This document shows positions 8,470 to 16,413 of a stretch of 30,856 nucleotides of DNA, piece after piece. Position 1 is the first letter of the stretch. Each line of letters opens with the position of its first letter. The notes below the pieces were generated by a model. It ran no database searches. It saw only the letters and a program-made list of their open reading frames with translations, and was not told the DNA's origin. The DNA lies in IMG/VR virus record IMGVR_UViG_3300000116_000003, positions 1-30,856 of that record, one strand, 5' to 3'. A program made the position numbers and the translations under genes. The stretch comes from a virus.

Positions 8470-10247
8470 TTAAGATGGATAAGCCCCTTTTGTTGGGGTG
8501 TTAATTGGTGCTATTTCTGATTTCTTTTTACCTCTTGGTTTCGGTTTGTAACTTTTGGGTATGTCTTTGGTTTTTTTATAGTCAGATATATCTTCGCTTT
8601 TTTCTTTATTTTTCTTTAAAACATATAAAACCTCTTTCCATATATGTCGGCAGTAAATACCGCCCTTATGTTCAAAAAGAGAAAATTTCTGATTATTATG
8701 CATAGGTAATTCAGCAGCTTTAAAATTAAGATTTCGTGAAGCTCTATCTATGTCCTCTAAACGATATACAACCCCTGCTTTAGATGCAGCCATCATATCG
8801 CTACAAAACCTTCTTGATTTACCACCTGATTTTCTTGAGCCAATCGCATACTTATATCTAACCTTATAATTAGATTTGTCTAAATAACTAAACCCACTTG
8901 GTTGACTTGCAACTTGATAAAGGTTTTCCTTTTCTTTTACGAAATTACTTACCCATTCCTCTTCGCTTACGTTTTCTTTATCGTAATCTCTTTCGTCAAC
9001 TAACTCCCATTCGTCTGTAACTATTTCGCCCTTTAAAGCATCAAATAAATTATCATACATTTCATCGGTCAAGTCCTCTTTAGATAACTCACAGCATTGT
9101 TTACTCATCTTCACACCTGTTTCCTCTTCTCGTGTTTCCATATCCTCTACATTGTCAAGGTCAGTAAACTCTAAAGGTTGTAAGGTCTTAAAGTATAGAT
9201 TAAGTGAGATGTTGTTATAAGCAAGGATTTGGTCAAAGTTCTCAATAAGCAATCTTTGGAATGGACGTATAACTGTGTTATCCATAAGGATAGTAGCTGT
9301 TTTAAGTTCGTCTGCGTTATTTCCAAGCCCTGTATTGTCTTTAATCCCCAAAAGCATAGGAGATACTACCCTGTGTGAAACAAGTATCTTACGTGCGCTC
9401 TCGTCGCTTAAAAACTGATATTGATTGTGAGCATCTGAAAGTTGAATAGGTTGTATATCAGCAGCAGTTTCAGCATTATCGTTAAAAGCTAAGATAAACT
9501 TACCTGCGTTGCTACTCCCGCTAAACTTCTCGTATATACGTCTTTCGATTAATTCTCTTTGCTCAGGTCAGGCGTTCCATTATTAAAGTTGATAAGCATT
9601 GATGGTGCAAGACCATTCATTATGTTATTGATGTGATAGTTGCTAATCTCCTCCTCAAGTTCACTATACTGTAAACCACCTTGATTTGATGGTGGAGAAT
9701 AATATTTAAAACCTGCCTTATATGGCTTTATATACATAATCTCTAAGCCCTCTTTGGATGTTCCGAAAGCAGGGATGCGTTTTAGCTCATCACTCTTTTT
9801 GTACTTAGCCCAATCGTAGTGATAAAAGTACGCTTCTATTTCGCCTTTATCGTTGCACTTTTCAGCTCGTAGTGTTTCAACAGGCATATGTTCAATCTTT
9901 ACAATTTTAGTTCTATCCTTAGAGTAGATAACTTGCAAAGCACACTGCCCCATTAACTTTAAATCGTATGCTACCTTACGAACACAATCATCGTTAAATA
10001 AAGCTACCATCTGAGCGTATTGGTCAGGTTTTCTGTTGCTGTCAGTGGCATCTAAACCTTTTCCGTATATCATCTCGCTTATAGCAGTAATACAGGCGTT
10101 GTTGGTGGGGCTACCATTATATCTATCTATAAGATACTGAAAGTAGTTATTATCATCGCCATACGATACAAACTCTTGATTCCGTACTTCTTTTACAGCA
10201 GGGCTTGTGTAGGTGCTTAAATTAACTATCCTTAAATCGTTTTTCAT
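8470..10247 (-). pseudogene. Portal protein with a MuF-like C-terminal domain, interrupted by a frameshift at 9563..9572
   Basis: ORF 9549..10247 ends in ...NFNNGTPDLSKEN*. The frame of ORF 8470..9357 is open upstream to 9567 (PEQRELIERRIYEKFSGSSNAGKFILAFNDNAE...SPMLLGIK). Deleting one copy of the tandem TCAGG|TCAGG joins the two into one 590-aa ORF. Confidence 0.75.
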
Positions 10248-10591
10248 AATATAATGTAATCGTTATCGTAGGTTGTATCGCTTGTGTACTCCCCATCGTT
10301 TACTGAGTAATAATTGTTCGTATCTTGGTCGATAGTTTGGTCGGTGCAAAATACTTTGTCTTTAAATATAACGCTTGAACCCTCTTTGATTGTTAAATCA
10401 TAAAACCTACCCTCAGTTAAAGCAAGTGCTTGACTTAACACTAAATAGTTTTTATCGGTTGTTGTACTTACGCTATATGTAACCTCTGCATTTGTAGAAT
10501 CATCACGAAGTACCATACTTACATTTGTAGCATAATTTCGTGGTACTACCTTGATTGTTTGAGCATCGGTTGATGTAGTAAGGTGTATCAT
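10244..10591 (-). CDS. Hypothetical virion-module protein (beta-rich, 115 aa)
   Basis: ORF with an ATGA overlap onto the portal start. Preceded by a phage promoter motif 3 nt from its ATG. Confidence 0.5.
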   Translation of the reverse strand: MIHLTTSTDAQTIKVVPRNYATNVSMVLRDDSTNAEVTYSVSTTTDKNYLVLSQALALTEGRFYDLTIKEGSSVIFKDKVFCTDQTIDQDTNNYYSVNDGEYTSDTTYDNDYIIL

Positions 10592-10594
10592 ACT

Positions 10595-10623
10595 TATATA
10601 ACGTATATATTCTAAATTTTGTG
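10595..10623 (-). promoter_or_regulatory. Phage-specific promoter motif copy: CACAAA-N13-ACGTTATATA (coding strand)
   Basis: 10-mer tatataacgt at 10595..10604, hexamer tttgtg at 10618..10623. The ATG at 10591 follows after 3 nt. Sits directly after the terminator at 10628..10651. Confidence 0.6.
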
Positions 10624-10627
10624 TAAT

Positions 10628-10651
10628 AAAAAAGGGGGCTTTTAAACCCCC
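10628..10651 (-). terminator. Rho-independent terminator after the tube-like gene
   Basis: Minus-strand RNA: GGGGG-UUUAAAAG-CCCCC followed by U6 (10628..10633). Confidence 0.7.
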
Positions 10652-10702
10652 TCATAATAAACTAAACCAAAATAAATAAACTCTTTGCTAATATACAAAA
10701 AA

Positions 10703-11224
10703 TTATGGAGTTGGGTTAATTGGCGATGACGAATCATCAGTTGGTAGTGTTGCTACAAAAAATGGTGGTGCTGTTTCTTGAGCTGTAAGAGTAAGTGTAA
10801 ATCCACTTAAATCCCCCATAGCTGCACCTGTAACAACTGTACCCCCTGTAACTTCGCTTCCATGGTCTTTACCTACCAAAAATCCGTTACCATTGTAATC
10901 TTCGATAACGATTTGAGGTCTGCCATGGGCTAAGAGCTTAATCTGCTCTTGAGTAGCTACATCTAAAAATGTAAATGTAACATTAAGGGTTGACTCATAA
11001 AAAGTAGTGCCATTTTCTCTTGACGAGTTAATAGCAGTTTCTAATGATGAATTACCCTTGATTTCATATTTGTAAAAAGATACGCTGTCATCTAAAGTGA
11101 TTGTACCTGCTGTGTCTGTTAAGGCAGCTGTGGTACTTGTGTAAGGGGCAAAGTAAATGTTCTTTAGCCCACCTACACCACTCTTACATGGTAACGCTCT
11201 TCCGTTTGATACTGAACAAGGCAT
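10703..11224 (-). CDS. Putative major tail (tube) protein
   Basis: 173 aa, beta-rich. N-terminal C..GVGGLKNIYFA and central GRPQIVIEDYNGNGFLVG patterns recall Bacteroidota siphophage tail-tube proteins. Bracketed by terminators directly after the capsid gene. Call is tentative. Confidence 0.4.
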   Translation of the reverse strand: MPCSVSNGRALPCKSGVGGLKNIYFAPYTSTTAALTDTAGTITLDDSVSFYKYEIKGNSSLETAINSSRENGTTFYESTLNVTFTFLDVATQEQIKLLAHGRPQIVIEDYNGNGFLVGKDHGSEVTGGTVVTGAAMGDLSGFTLTLTAQETAPPFFVATLPTDDSSSPINPTP

Positions 11225-11241
11225 AATTTTTTTGTTTTAAT

Positions 11242-11276
11242 AAAAAAGGGTAGGTAGGCACTCGGCTTACCCACCC
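11242..11276 (-). terminator. Rho-independent terminator after the major capsid gene
   Basis: Minus-strand RNA: GGGUGGGUA-loop(11 nt)-UACCUACCC, a 9-bp stem with one G-U pair, followed by U6. The equivalent pairing is A-C (a mismatch) on the plus strand, so the hairpin is minus-strand specific. Confidence 0.75.
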
Positions 11277-11299
11277 CTTTTAAGTTAGAGAATTATTGA

Positions 11300-12223
11300 T
11301 TACGAATAAAGAACGATATCCCCACCAATACCATGTTGCACACCTGCTGTATAGCGCATAACTACACGCACGTTCTGTGAGCCATCAAGGTCAGCCATAT
11401 CGATTACTTTAACTTCGTTTCTGTCATCAAGCAATCCTGTTCCAAAGAATAGGTTGGACTTCTGAGCAGCTACTGCTGTGTTATCAGCAAGACCTTTAGC
11501 TACAAAAAGATTGATACCATCAAAAGATAGTTCTCCACCCCCGTACCATTGAGTTCCTTTGTTGTCAGAACCTGCTGCACCGATAGTAGCAACAAATCCA
11601 CCCAAAGCTCTGATGTAAGCACGAGCGATGTTAGAGGAAACATAGATAGTTAAATCATCTCGCCCATATACGGCTGAAGGGATTGCATCAACGATTTTTC
11701 CGAGCTCACTGATGACATTTGTAGATGTAACTGTACCTGCTGTTACGTCAACTACGTCTGAGTCAGCAGTCAATAGAGTTTCAAAGCCATCAAAGTTACC
11801 TTCTCCTGCACTACCACTCCAAATAGAAGTTTCAGTTGCAGCAGCTACTTCAGCAGCTACACGACCGATAACGTAGTCAGAAAATAATGGTGGTAACTCA
11901 TCAAAAGCAGAGAATCCCATTTGGGCTGCCTCCCAATCCGAGTGCAATGAGGACTTGCAAAGACTCAAATTTATTTGTAATTCCGTGGGGGTCAATACTT
12001 TCTCAGTTAGAGTTAGTGTTGATGTAGAAGAATCAAAGTCGCAATCAGCAGAACGCACAAGATTTGCGAACGCACCTACTTTCATAGCAGCTTTGTACTT
12101 TACATTTGGTAAAATTGTGATAGCACCTTTGTCAAGGGTATCAGCACTTAATAAAGCAGCTCCGAGGTATTTTCCTGCAAATTCCCCTGCATAGCTACTT
12201 CCTGTAATAGTTGGATTTGGCAT
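11300..12223 (-). CDS. Major capsid protein
   Basis: 307 aa, directly after the scaffold gene and followed by a strong terminator. Ala/Gly/Thr-rich composition typical of HK97-fold capsid proteins. Confidence 0.7.
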   Translation of the reverse strand: MPNPTITGSSYAGEFAGKYLGAALLSADTLDKGAITILPNVKYKAAMKVGAFANLVRSADCDFDSSTSTLTLTEKVLTPTELQINLSLCKSSLHSDWEAAQMGFSAFDELPPLFSDYVIGRVAAEVAAATETSIWSGSAGEGNFDGFETLLTADSDVVDVTAGTVTSTNVISELGKIVDAIPSAVYGRDDLTIYVSSNIARAYIRALGGFVATIGAAGSDNKGTQWYGGGELSFDGINLFVAKGLADNTAVAAQKSNLFFGTGLLDDRNEVKVIDMADLDGSQNVRVVMRYTAGVQHGIGGDIVLYS

Positions 12224-12234
12224 TTTCTAAATAT

Positions 12235-12828
12235 TTAGTTGTTGATTAATTTTTGCATTACTCGGTCAATCGTTCCTTGCTTTCTGTTTTGTGCAAATTT
12301 TAGATTGACTTGTTTTTTAGGTTCAGGGTTATGAGTGATTGCTTCGGTAGCAGGTGTTTCGGATAGTTCCTCTTTCACTTGCTCTTCCACTTCGCTCATC
12401 TCCTCTTTCTTCTCAATCATTGTTTTGATCTCCTCAACCAATGACTTTACTTCCGCTAACTCTTCTTTAGTTGCGTACTTAGCTTCCACTTCCTCTTCAA
12501 GTTCTTCAACTTCATCAGATGCTTCTACTTCCTTTTCTTCCTCTTGGCTTTCAGATTTGATTTCGCCAATGATACCTTCTTCGCTTACAACAAGGATTTG
12601 ACCATCTTCCATTGTATACTCTCCAACGGGTACGGCTACTTTCTCATCGTCTGTAAGGATAAAGATTTCATTACCTGCTTCAAACGCTTCCGCTTCAAGG
12701 ACAGTTCCATTTTCGAGTTTCGCTTGTGCTAACTCTACTACTTGGGATTGCTCGATATTTTCTACAATATCAGCAGTATCTTCCCCAAGATAGGTTTTGA
12801 TTTTACTTAGAATTTCTGTCGCTTTCAT
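12235..12828 (-). CDS. Scaffolding protein
   Basis: Very acidic, with coiled-coil runs (EEEKEVEASDEVEELEEEVEAKYATKEELAEVKSLVEEIK). Lies between the protease and the capsid gene. Confidence 0.7.
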   Translation of the reverse strand: MKATEILSKIKTYLGEDTADIVENIEQSQVVELAQAKLENGTVLEAEAFEAGNEIFILTDDEKVAVPVGEYTMEDGQILVVSEEGIIGEIKSESQEEEKEVEASDEVEELEEEVEAKYATKEELAEVKSLVEEIKTMIEKKEEMSEVEEQVKEELSETPATEAITHNPEPKKQVNLKFAQNRKQGTIDRVMQKLINN

Positions 12829-12831
12829 AAT

Positions 12832-12860
12832 TATATAACGTGTTTAAAATTTAATTTGTA
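12832..12860 (-). promoter_or_regulatory. Phage-specific promoter motif copy: TACAAA-N13-ACGTTATATA
   Basis: 10-mer at 12832..12841, hexamer tttgta at 12855..12860. The ATG at 12828 follows after 3 nt. The motif fills the 39-nt intergenic gap. Confidence 0.6.
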
Positions 12861-12867
12861 TTTTGGG

Positions 12868-13011
12868 TTATACCTTCCCAATTCCTTGCGCTCTTAATGA
12901 GCCATCACAACATTTAATTGAGTACGTGTTATCCTCGCATAAACAGGCACGTCTTGAACCCTTAGGGCTTGTACTTGATGGTGTGATAAATCGTTTAAGT
13001 CGCTTAATCAT
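12868..13011 (-). CDS. 47-aa basic, Cys-rich micro-protein (MIKRLKRFITPSSTSPKGSRRACLCEDNTYSIKCCDGSLRAQGIGKV)
   Basis: Hand translation. Its ATG overlaps the upstream stop as ATGA. Below the ORF-track cutoff and masked by the antisense track ORF 12863..13054. Confidence 0.45.
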   Translation of the reverse strand: MIKRLKRFITPSSTSPKGSRRACLCEDNTYSIKCCDGSLRAQGIGKV

Positions 13012-13139
13012 CCTTGACCTCTGTATTTTTTCTTATATAGCTTTGAACCTTTAATGCTACTCATTTTGGTTTTAGCGTGTACACCCTTTCTGCGTACCTT
13101 TGGTTTTAATACTTTTATGTAGTCTATTCTCTTAGCCAT
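13008..13139 (-). CDS. 43-aa highly basic micro-protein (MAKRIDYIKVLKPKVRRKGVHAKTKMSSIKGSKLYKKKYRGQG)
   Basis: Hand translation. Its ATG at 13139 overlaps the protease stop (GATGGCTAA). About 40 percent K/R. Confidence 0.45.
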   Translation of the reverse strand: MAKRIDYIKVLKPKVRRKGVHAKTKMSSIKGSKLYKKKYRGQG

Positions 13140-14319
13140 CTATCGGTATGCAGTTAGGTACTTTTTTTCCATTTTTCATTTTCATACCATATTGGACGTA
13201 TCCATCTTGGCATGGCTTTTTAAGGTTGTGCTGTTCGCAAGGCATATACCATACTTTACCTTCGTATTCGTGTTCGTGGTATGATTCACAACCAATATCT
13301 TTTGCTGCTGCTATTGCTAATTCTTTTGTGGCAAACGCAAGTCTATCGTCTATAATAGCCATCTCGTCATTTAGAACCTGAGAAGCTAAATCTAATTCTC
13401 CTAATTCTTTTAACTTACTTTCAGCCCACCTTTTACCTGCTTTACCACCCCATAGAAGATATGAGATAGTACCACACGCCTTAGTGTCGCTTTCATCGTA
13501 GTACTCTTCTGCTCTGCTTAGATATGAGTACATACGTTTAATAGTTTCTTTTGAGATGGGTTTGCCCTGTGCTAATTGCTGCGCTCGTATCTTACCTACA
13601 TCAGTAGCGCATTTATTGTTTACTTTCTTGTTAAGTTCGATGCCACGCTTTGCGTTATTCTTTACACCACTTGGATAATCAGAGTAGGATTCTAATTCCT
13701 CTTTTTTGCCATCTTTGTATCTACCATCTTGCTTAACAACCCTACGGATGTATTTAAGCATATCCTGTGCTTCGTCCTCGTCAAAGTCATTGATAGGTTC
13801 TTTAGGACGTTCCATCTTGTCAGCAAAGTAACCCTCAATGGAGAACCCCTTAACTTTTCCTGTTTTTACAAACTGTTCCCATATCTCTTCGTTGTTGACC
13901 TTTACAGCCCCCATCCAAGTTCCCACAGGTACATTTAGTCCGTACTTTCTTGATTTGTCGTGTGTTTCGTCCTCTACTATCCAACTTTCTACAAGTGTTA
14001 ATCCGTTAATGCTATGTTGATGTTCTAATGTGGCTTTGTTTTGATTGCCATTTTGTAAGTATAGCTGTGATGCTTTCTCTACTGTATCTCTTGAAAAATA
14101 TATGTAATACTCTTCCTCGCCTTTACGTCTGTATATAGGTTTGTTTGGGATAAGTAAAGCACCGAGTAGGATACGCTTCTCGCCTGATACTTCTGCAAGT
14201 TTTATCTCTTCGTTTTTTAGTGCAATAAAATCCTCTTCAATGGCAGGGTTCTCTACGACAGATATCGCTTCTATCCCTGTTATCTCTTGATCGTCTAATA
14301 TAAGTTCTACGATTCGCAT
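13132..14319 (-). CDS. XkdF-like prohead protease fused to a C-terminal extension
   Basis: The N-terminal 170 aa (LLIPNKPIYR...ATLEHQH...VESWIVED...GTWMGAVKV...GFSIEGYF) fit the XkdF / Peptidase_S78_2 pattern. The C-terminal half carries LWGGKAGKRWAESK and a Cys/His-rich tail. Confidence 0.65.
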   Translation of the reverse strand: MRIVELILDDQEITGIEAISVVENPAIEEDFIALKNEEIKLAEVSGEKRILLGALLIPNKPIYRRKGEEEYYIYFSRDTVEKASQLYLQNGNQNKATLEHQHSINGLTLVESWIVEDETHDKSRKYGLNVPVGTWMGAVKVNNEEIWEQFVKTGKVKGFSIEGYFADKMERPKEPINDFDEDEAQDMLKYIRRVVKQDGRYKDGKKEELESYSDYPSGVKNNAKRGIELNKKVNNKCATDVGKIRAQQLAQGKPISKETIKRMYSYLSRAEEYYDESDTKACGTISYLLWGGKAGKRWAESKLKELGELDLASQVLNDEMAIIDDRLAFATKELAIAAAKDIGCESYHEHEYEGKVWYMPCEQHNLKKPCQDGYVQYGMKMKNGKKVPNCIPIDG

Positions 14320-14322
14320 ATA

Positions 14323-14351
14323 TATATAACGTGTTTAGTTTGGTTTTTGTA
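14323..14351 (-). promoter_or_regulatory. Phage-specific promoter motif copy: TACAAA-N13-ACGTTATATA
   Basis: 10-mer at 14323..14332, hexamer at 14346..14351. The ATG at 14319 follows after 3 nt. The motif fills the 34-nt gap after the stop at 14354. Confidence 0.6.
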
Positions 14352-14353
14352 TT

Positions 14354-15961
14354 TTATCCTATCGAAGCACCCTCTACGATGTTTCGGTCTAATTCCTGCG
14401 CTGTGCTTACATCGTTTGACACTACAAACGCTTTGACAGGTTGCTGTGATTGCCCACCTATCGCTTCTGCTAATTGGTTAGTACCTGATGCACCTACCAC
14501 GTTAAATGCAGGGGGTACTGATTGTGATTGCGCTCTTGGTGCTGTGGGCGTTACTGTTGGTGCAGAACCACCCCCTAAACCACCTGCTACACTTTTTGAC
14601 TTACCTACTGCTTGTGTTATTGCACCAATGATACCAACTGCCTGTAATGCGTACCCAATCAACATCGGTATGTTTTGAGGAAAACCAACTTTAGCAGTTT
14701 GGGCTGTACCCTCTGCTACTGCTGCTGATGAACGAGCTGCTACTAAACTTGAAAACGTAATTGTTTTACGTGCTTCTGCAATTAATTCCTGAGCATTTAA
14801 AAGTTGTTTGGCTATGAGTGCTGCTTTACCTGCTGCTGTTTCAGCACCGAACAATGCTATGGCTTGATCTACTACTTTTTTCTTTGCTGCTATTCTACGA
14901 TTCTCAATATCTAATTCAGATGCAAGGATACGTCCATCTCTTGCCTTTTTATCAGCTTCTAATTTTGCTTGTCTTTCTGCTTCCTCTTTGTCTAATGTAG
15001 CTTTGCGTTCTTTTTCTAAAGCGTCTTGTTCTTTTTGTATTGCGTTTTTCTCTGCTTGTTCTTCTCGTATAGCCCCTGTGATTTCAGCAGTTAATCTTTT
15101 TTGTGTGTTTAATCTTGCTGTTTCTAAGTTTATTAATTCAGCTTGTAAACGTGCTTGTTCGTCTAAGTCCTCTTTAGTTGATTTGCTTAATGAGTTCTCT
15201 AATTTTTTAGCTTCAAACCTTATTCGTGCAGTTTCTATCTCTTTTTGTGCAATTTCATCATTTACTCTACCTGCCTCTCTTAGCGCATCAAGTCTTTCTT
15301 GTACAGATACATTCTCTTTATCTGCTGCAACCTCACGAAGTTCGGCTATTTTTCTATTGGCTTCTGCTCTATCTAAAATAAGTTTGCGCTCTGCTTTGTC
15401 TGCTTTAGCCCTTGCATCTGCTATTTGACCTGCTAATTTTATTTCGTTCTTTGTTTCCTCGCCAAAGTTTTTAATACCATCAACAGTTTCAGATACGTTT
15501 TCTTTAAGTTCGCCCCATGCTGCTGATGCACCCTTTAAATCGCCCTTAGCAAGTTTAAACAATGCTTTACCTGCAGCAAATATAGATTCCCCTAAATTAG
15601 CTAAGATATCTACTACGTTGCCTACAACAACACCAATCCCACTCATTAATTTAGTAAACCTATTTTGCCCCTCTTCTGATGCAGTAAACGCTGCTTTTAA
15701 AGATATTATACCTATAACCAATGCACCTATACCTGTGGCAATAATTGCTACACGTAAACTTTTAAATCCTGTAACTGCTTTTTTAACACTTTGACTAACA
15801 CCCTTAAAACCACTAATAGCACCACCTGTCAGCTTATCCAAACTACCTGTAAGGTCGCTTGTGCTTTCGCTTAGGTTATCTGTGCTTTTTTTAAGTCCAT
15901 CAATGCTTTTTTCAGCACTATCGGTGTTTGCATCAATTATGATTGTTTTCTTGACTGCCAT
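14354..15961 (-). CDS. Tape-measure-like protein (or internal virion protein)
   Basis: 535 aa. Long central coiled coil (KADKAERKLILDRAEANRKIAELREV...EAERQAKLEADKKARDGR) flanked by hydrophobic segments (AIIATGIGALVIGIISL; IPMLIGYALQAVGIIGAI). Confidence 0.55.
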   Translation of the reverse strand: MAVKKTIIIDANTDSAEKSIDGLKKSTDNLSESTSDLTGSLDKLTGGAISGFKGVSQSVKKAVTGFKSLRVAIIATGIGALVIGIISLKAAFTASEEGQNRFTKLMSGIGVVVGNVVDILANLGESIFAAGKALFKLAKGDLKGASAAWGELKENVSETVDGIKNFGEETKNEIKLAGQIADARAKADKAERKLILDRAEANRKIAELREVAADKENVSVQERLDALREAGRVNDEIAQKEIETARIRFEAKKLENSLSKSTKEDLDEQARLQAELINLETARLNTQKRLTAEITGAIREEQAEKNAIQKEQDALEKERKATLDKEEAERQAKLEADKKARDGRILASELDIENRRIAAKKKVVDQAIALFGAETAAGKAALIAKQLLNAQELIAEARKTITFSSLVAARSSAAVAEGTAQTAKVGFPQNIPMLIGYALQAVGIIGAITQAVGKSKSVAGGLGGGSAPTVTPTAPRAQSQSVPPAFNVVGASGTNQLAEAIGGQSQQPVKAFVVSNDVSTAQELDRNIVEGASIG

Positions 15962-16092
15962 TTTATTTCATTTTTAACTTGGGTAAATGCTTGTTTTAAG
16001 TTCTTAGGTAGATAGTTCTGTCCTTTAGCTATTCGGATGTTTTCCGAGCCATCTTTTACATAGGGTAGTAACTCTAAGATATTCTGTATCAT
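15937..16092 (-). CDS. 51-aa micro-ORF preceding the tape-measure-like gene
   Basis: Hand translation: MIQNILELLPYVKDGSENIRIAKGQNYLPKNLKQAFTQVKNEIKWQSRKQS. ATGA overlap with the upstream stop, and it overlaps the downstream start by 25 nt. Confidence 0.35.
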   Translation of the reverse strand: MIQNILELLPYVKDGSENIRIAKGQNYLPKNLKQAFTQVKNEIKWQSRKQS

Positions 16093-16406
16093 AATTCGTT
16101 TAATAGTTCTATGTTTGATTCGCCTGTCGCTAAGTTCGTTTCTATGCTGTTGATCTTATACCTTTTGCCATTGATATCAAACCTATCAGCAAGTGTAAAG
16201 TTTAAAAGGATTCTAAGGGGTAGATATGCCTTTACTTTTGTAAGTCTGTTCTTTGTATTGAACACGTTTGTAATATAGGTACTATAATAGTTTTGAAACA
16301 AAGTACCTGTAAAACTACTATCGCCTGTATATTCGTTTTTCTCTAACTTAAAATTGATATTGGCAGTAGATGTACCTGAGCTAAAAGAAACGCTGTTAGA
16401 AGGCAT
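16089..16406 (-). CDS. Hypothetical structural protein (105 aa)
   Basis: Start moved to the ATG at 16406 (MPSNSVSF...), 7 nt after the upstream stop at 16414. The track start at 16457 would overlap by 44 nt. Confidence 0.45.
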   Translation of the reverse strand: MPSNSVSFSSGTSTANINFKLEKNEYTGDSSFTGTLFQNYYSTYITNVFNTKNRLTKVKAYLPLRILLNFTLADRFDINGKRYKINSIETNLATGESNIELLNEL

Positions 16407-16413
16407 ATTTACG

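Noticed and set aside
9549-9572. Programmed -1 ribosomal frameshift as the explanation for the split portal.
   Set aside because: The 19-nt window where both frames are open (CCTGAGCAAAGAGAATTAA) has no X XXY YYZ slippery heptamer, and I saw no obvious downstream stimulatory structure. A 5-bp tandem duplication explains the shift exactly.
12863-13054. Plus-strand 63-aa ORF in the protease-scaffold gap.
   Set aside because: The coding strand carries two chained micro-ORFs with ATGA-type overlaps that fit the operon. The plus-strand ORF is most likely their antisense shadow.
14331-15428. Plus-strand ORFs in the track, such as 14331..14678, 14818..15000 and 14988..15428. The same applies to 905..1129, 1390..1581, 2432..2827, 2984..3196, 3465..3698, 4573..4782, 7105..7338, 7736..7987, 8505..8705, 11955..12194, 12335..12601, 12544..12732, 13148..13381, 13729..14020, 17159..17383, 18460..18645, 20171..20380, 20876..21106, 21927..22109, 24491..24676, 24965..25180, 25989..26234, 28119..28337, 29595..29828 and 30283..30495.
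   Set aside because: Each lies antisense to a longer minus-strand ORF with recognisable protein features. Their products are low-complexity (Ser/Leu/Phe-rich) mirror translations. No plus-strand promoter or terminator signals were seen. The genome is otherwise strictly unidirectional.
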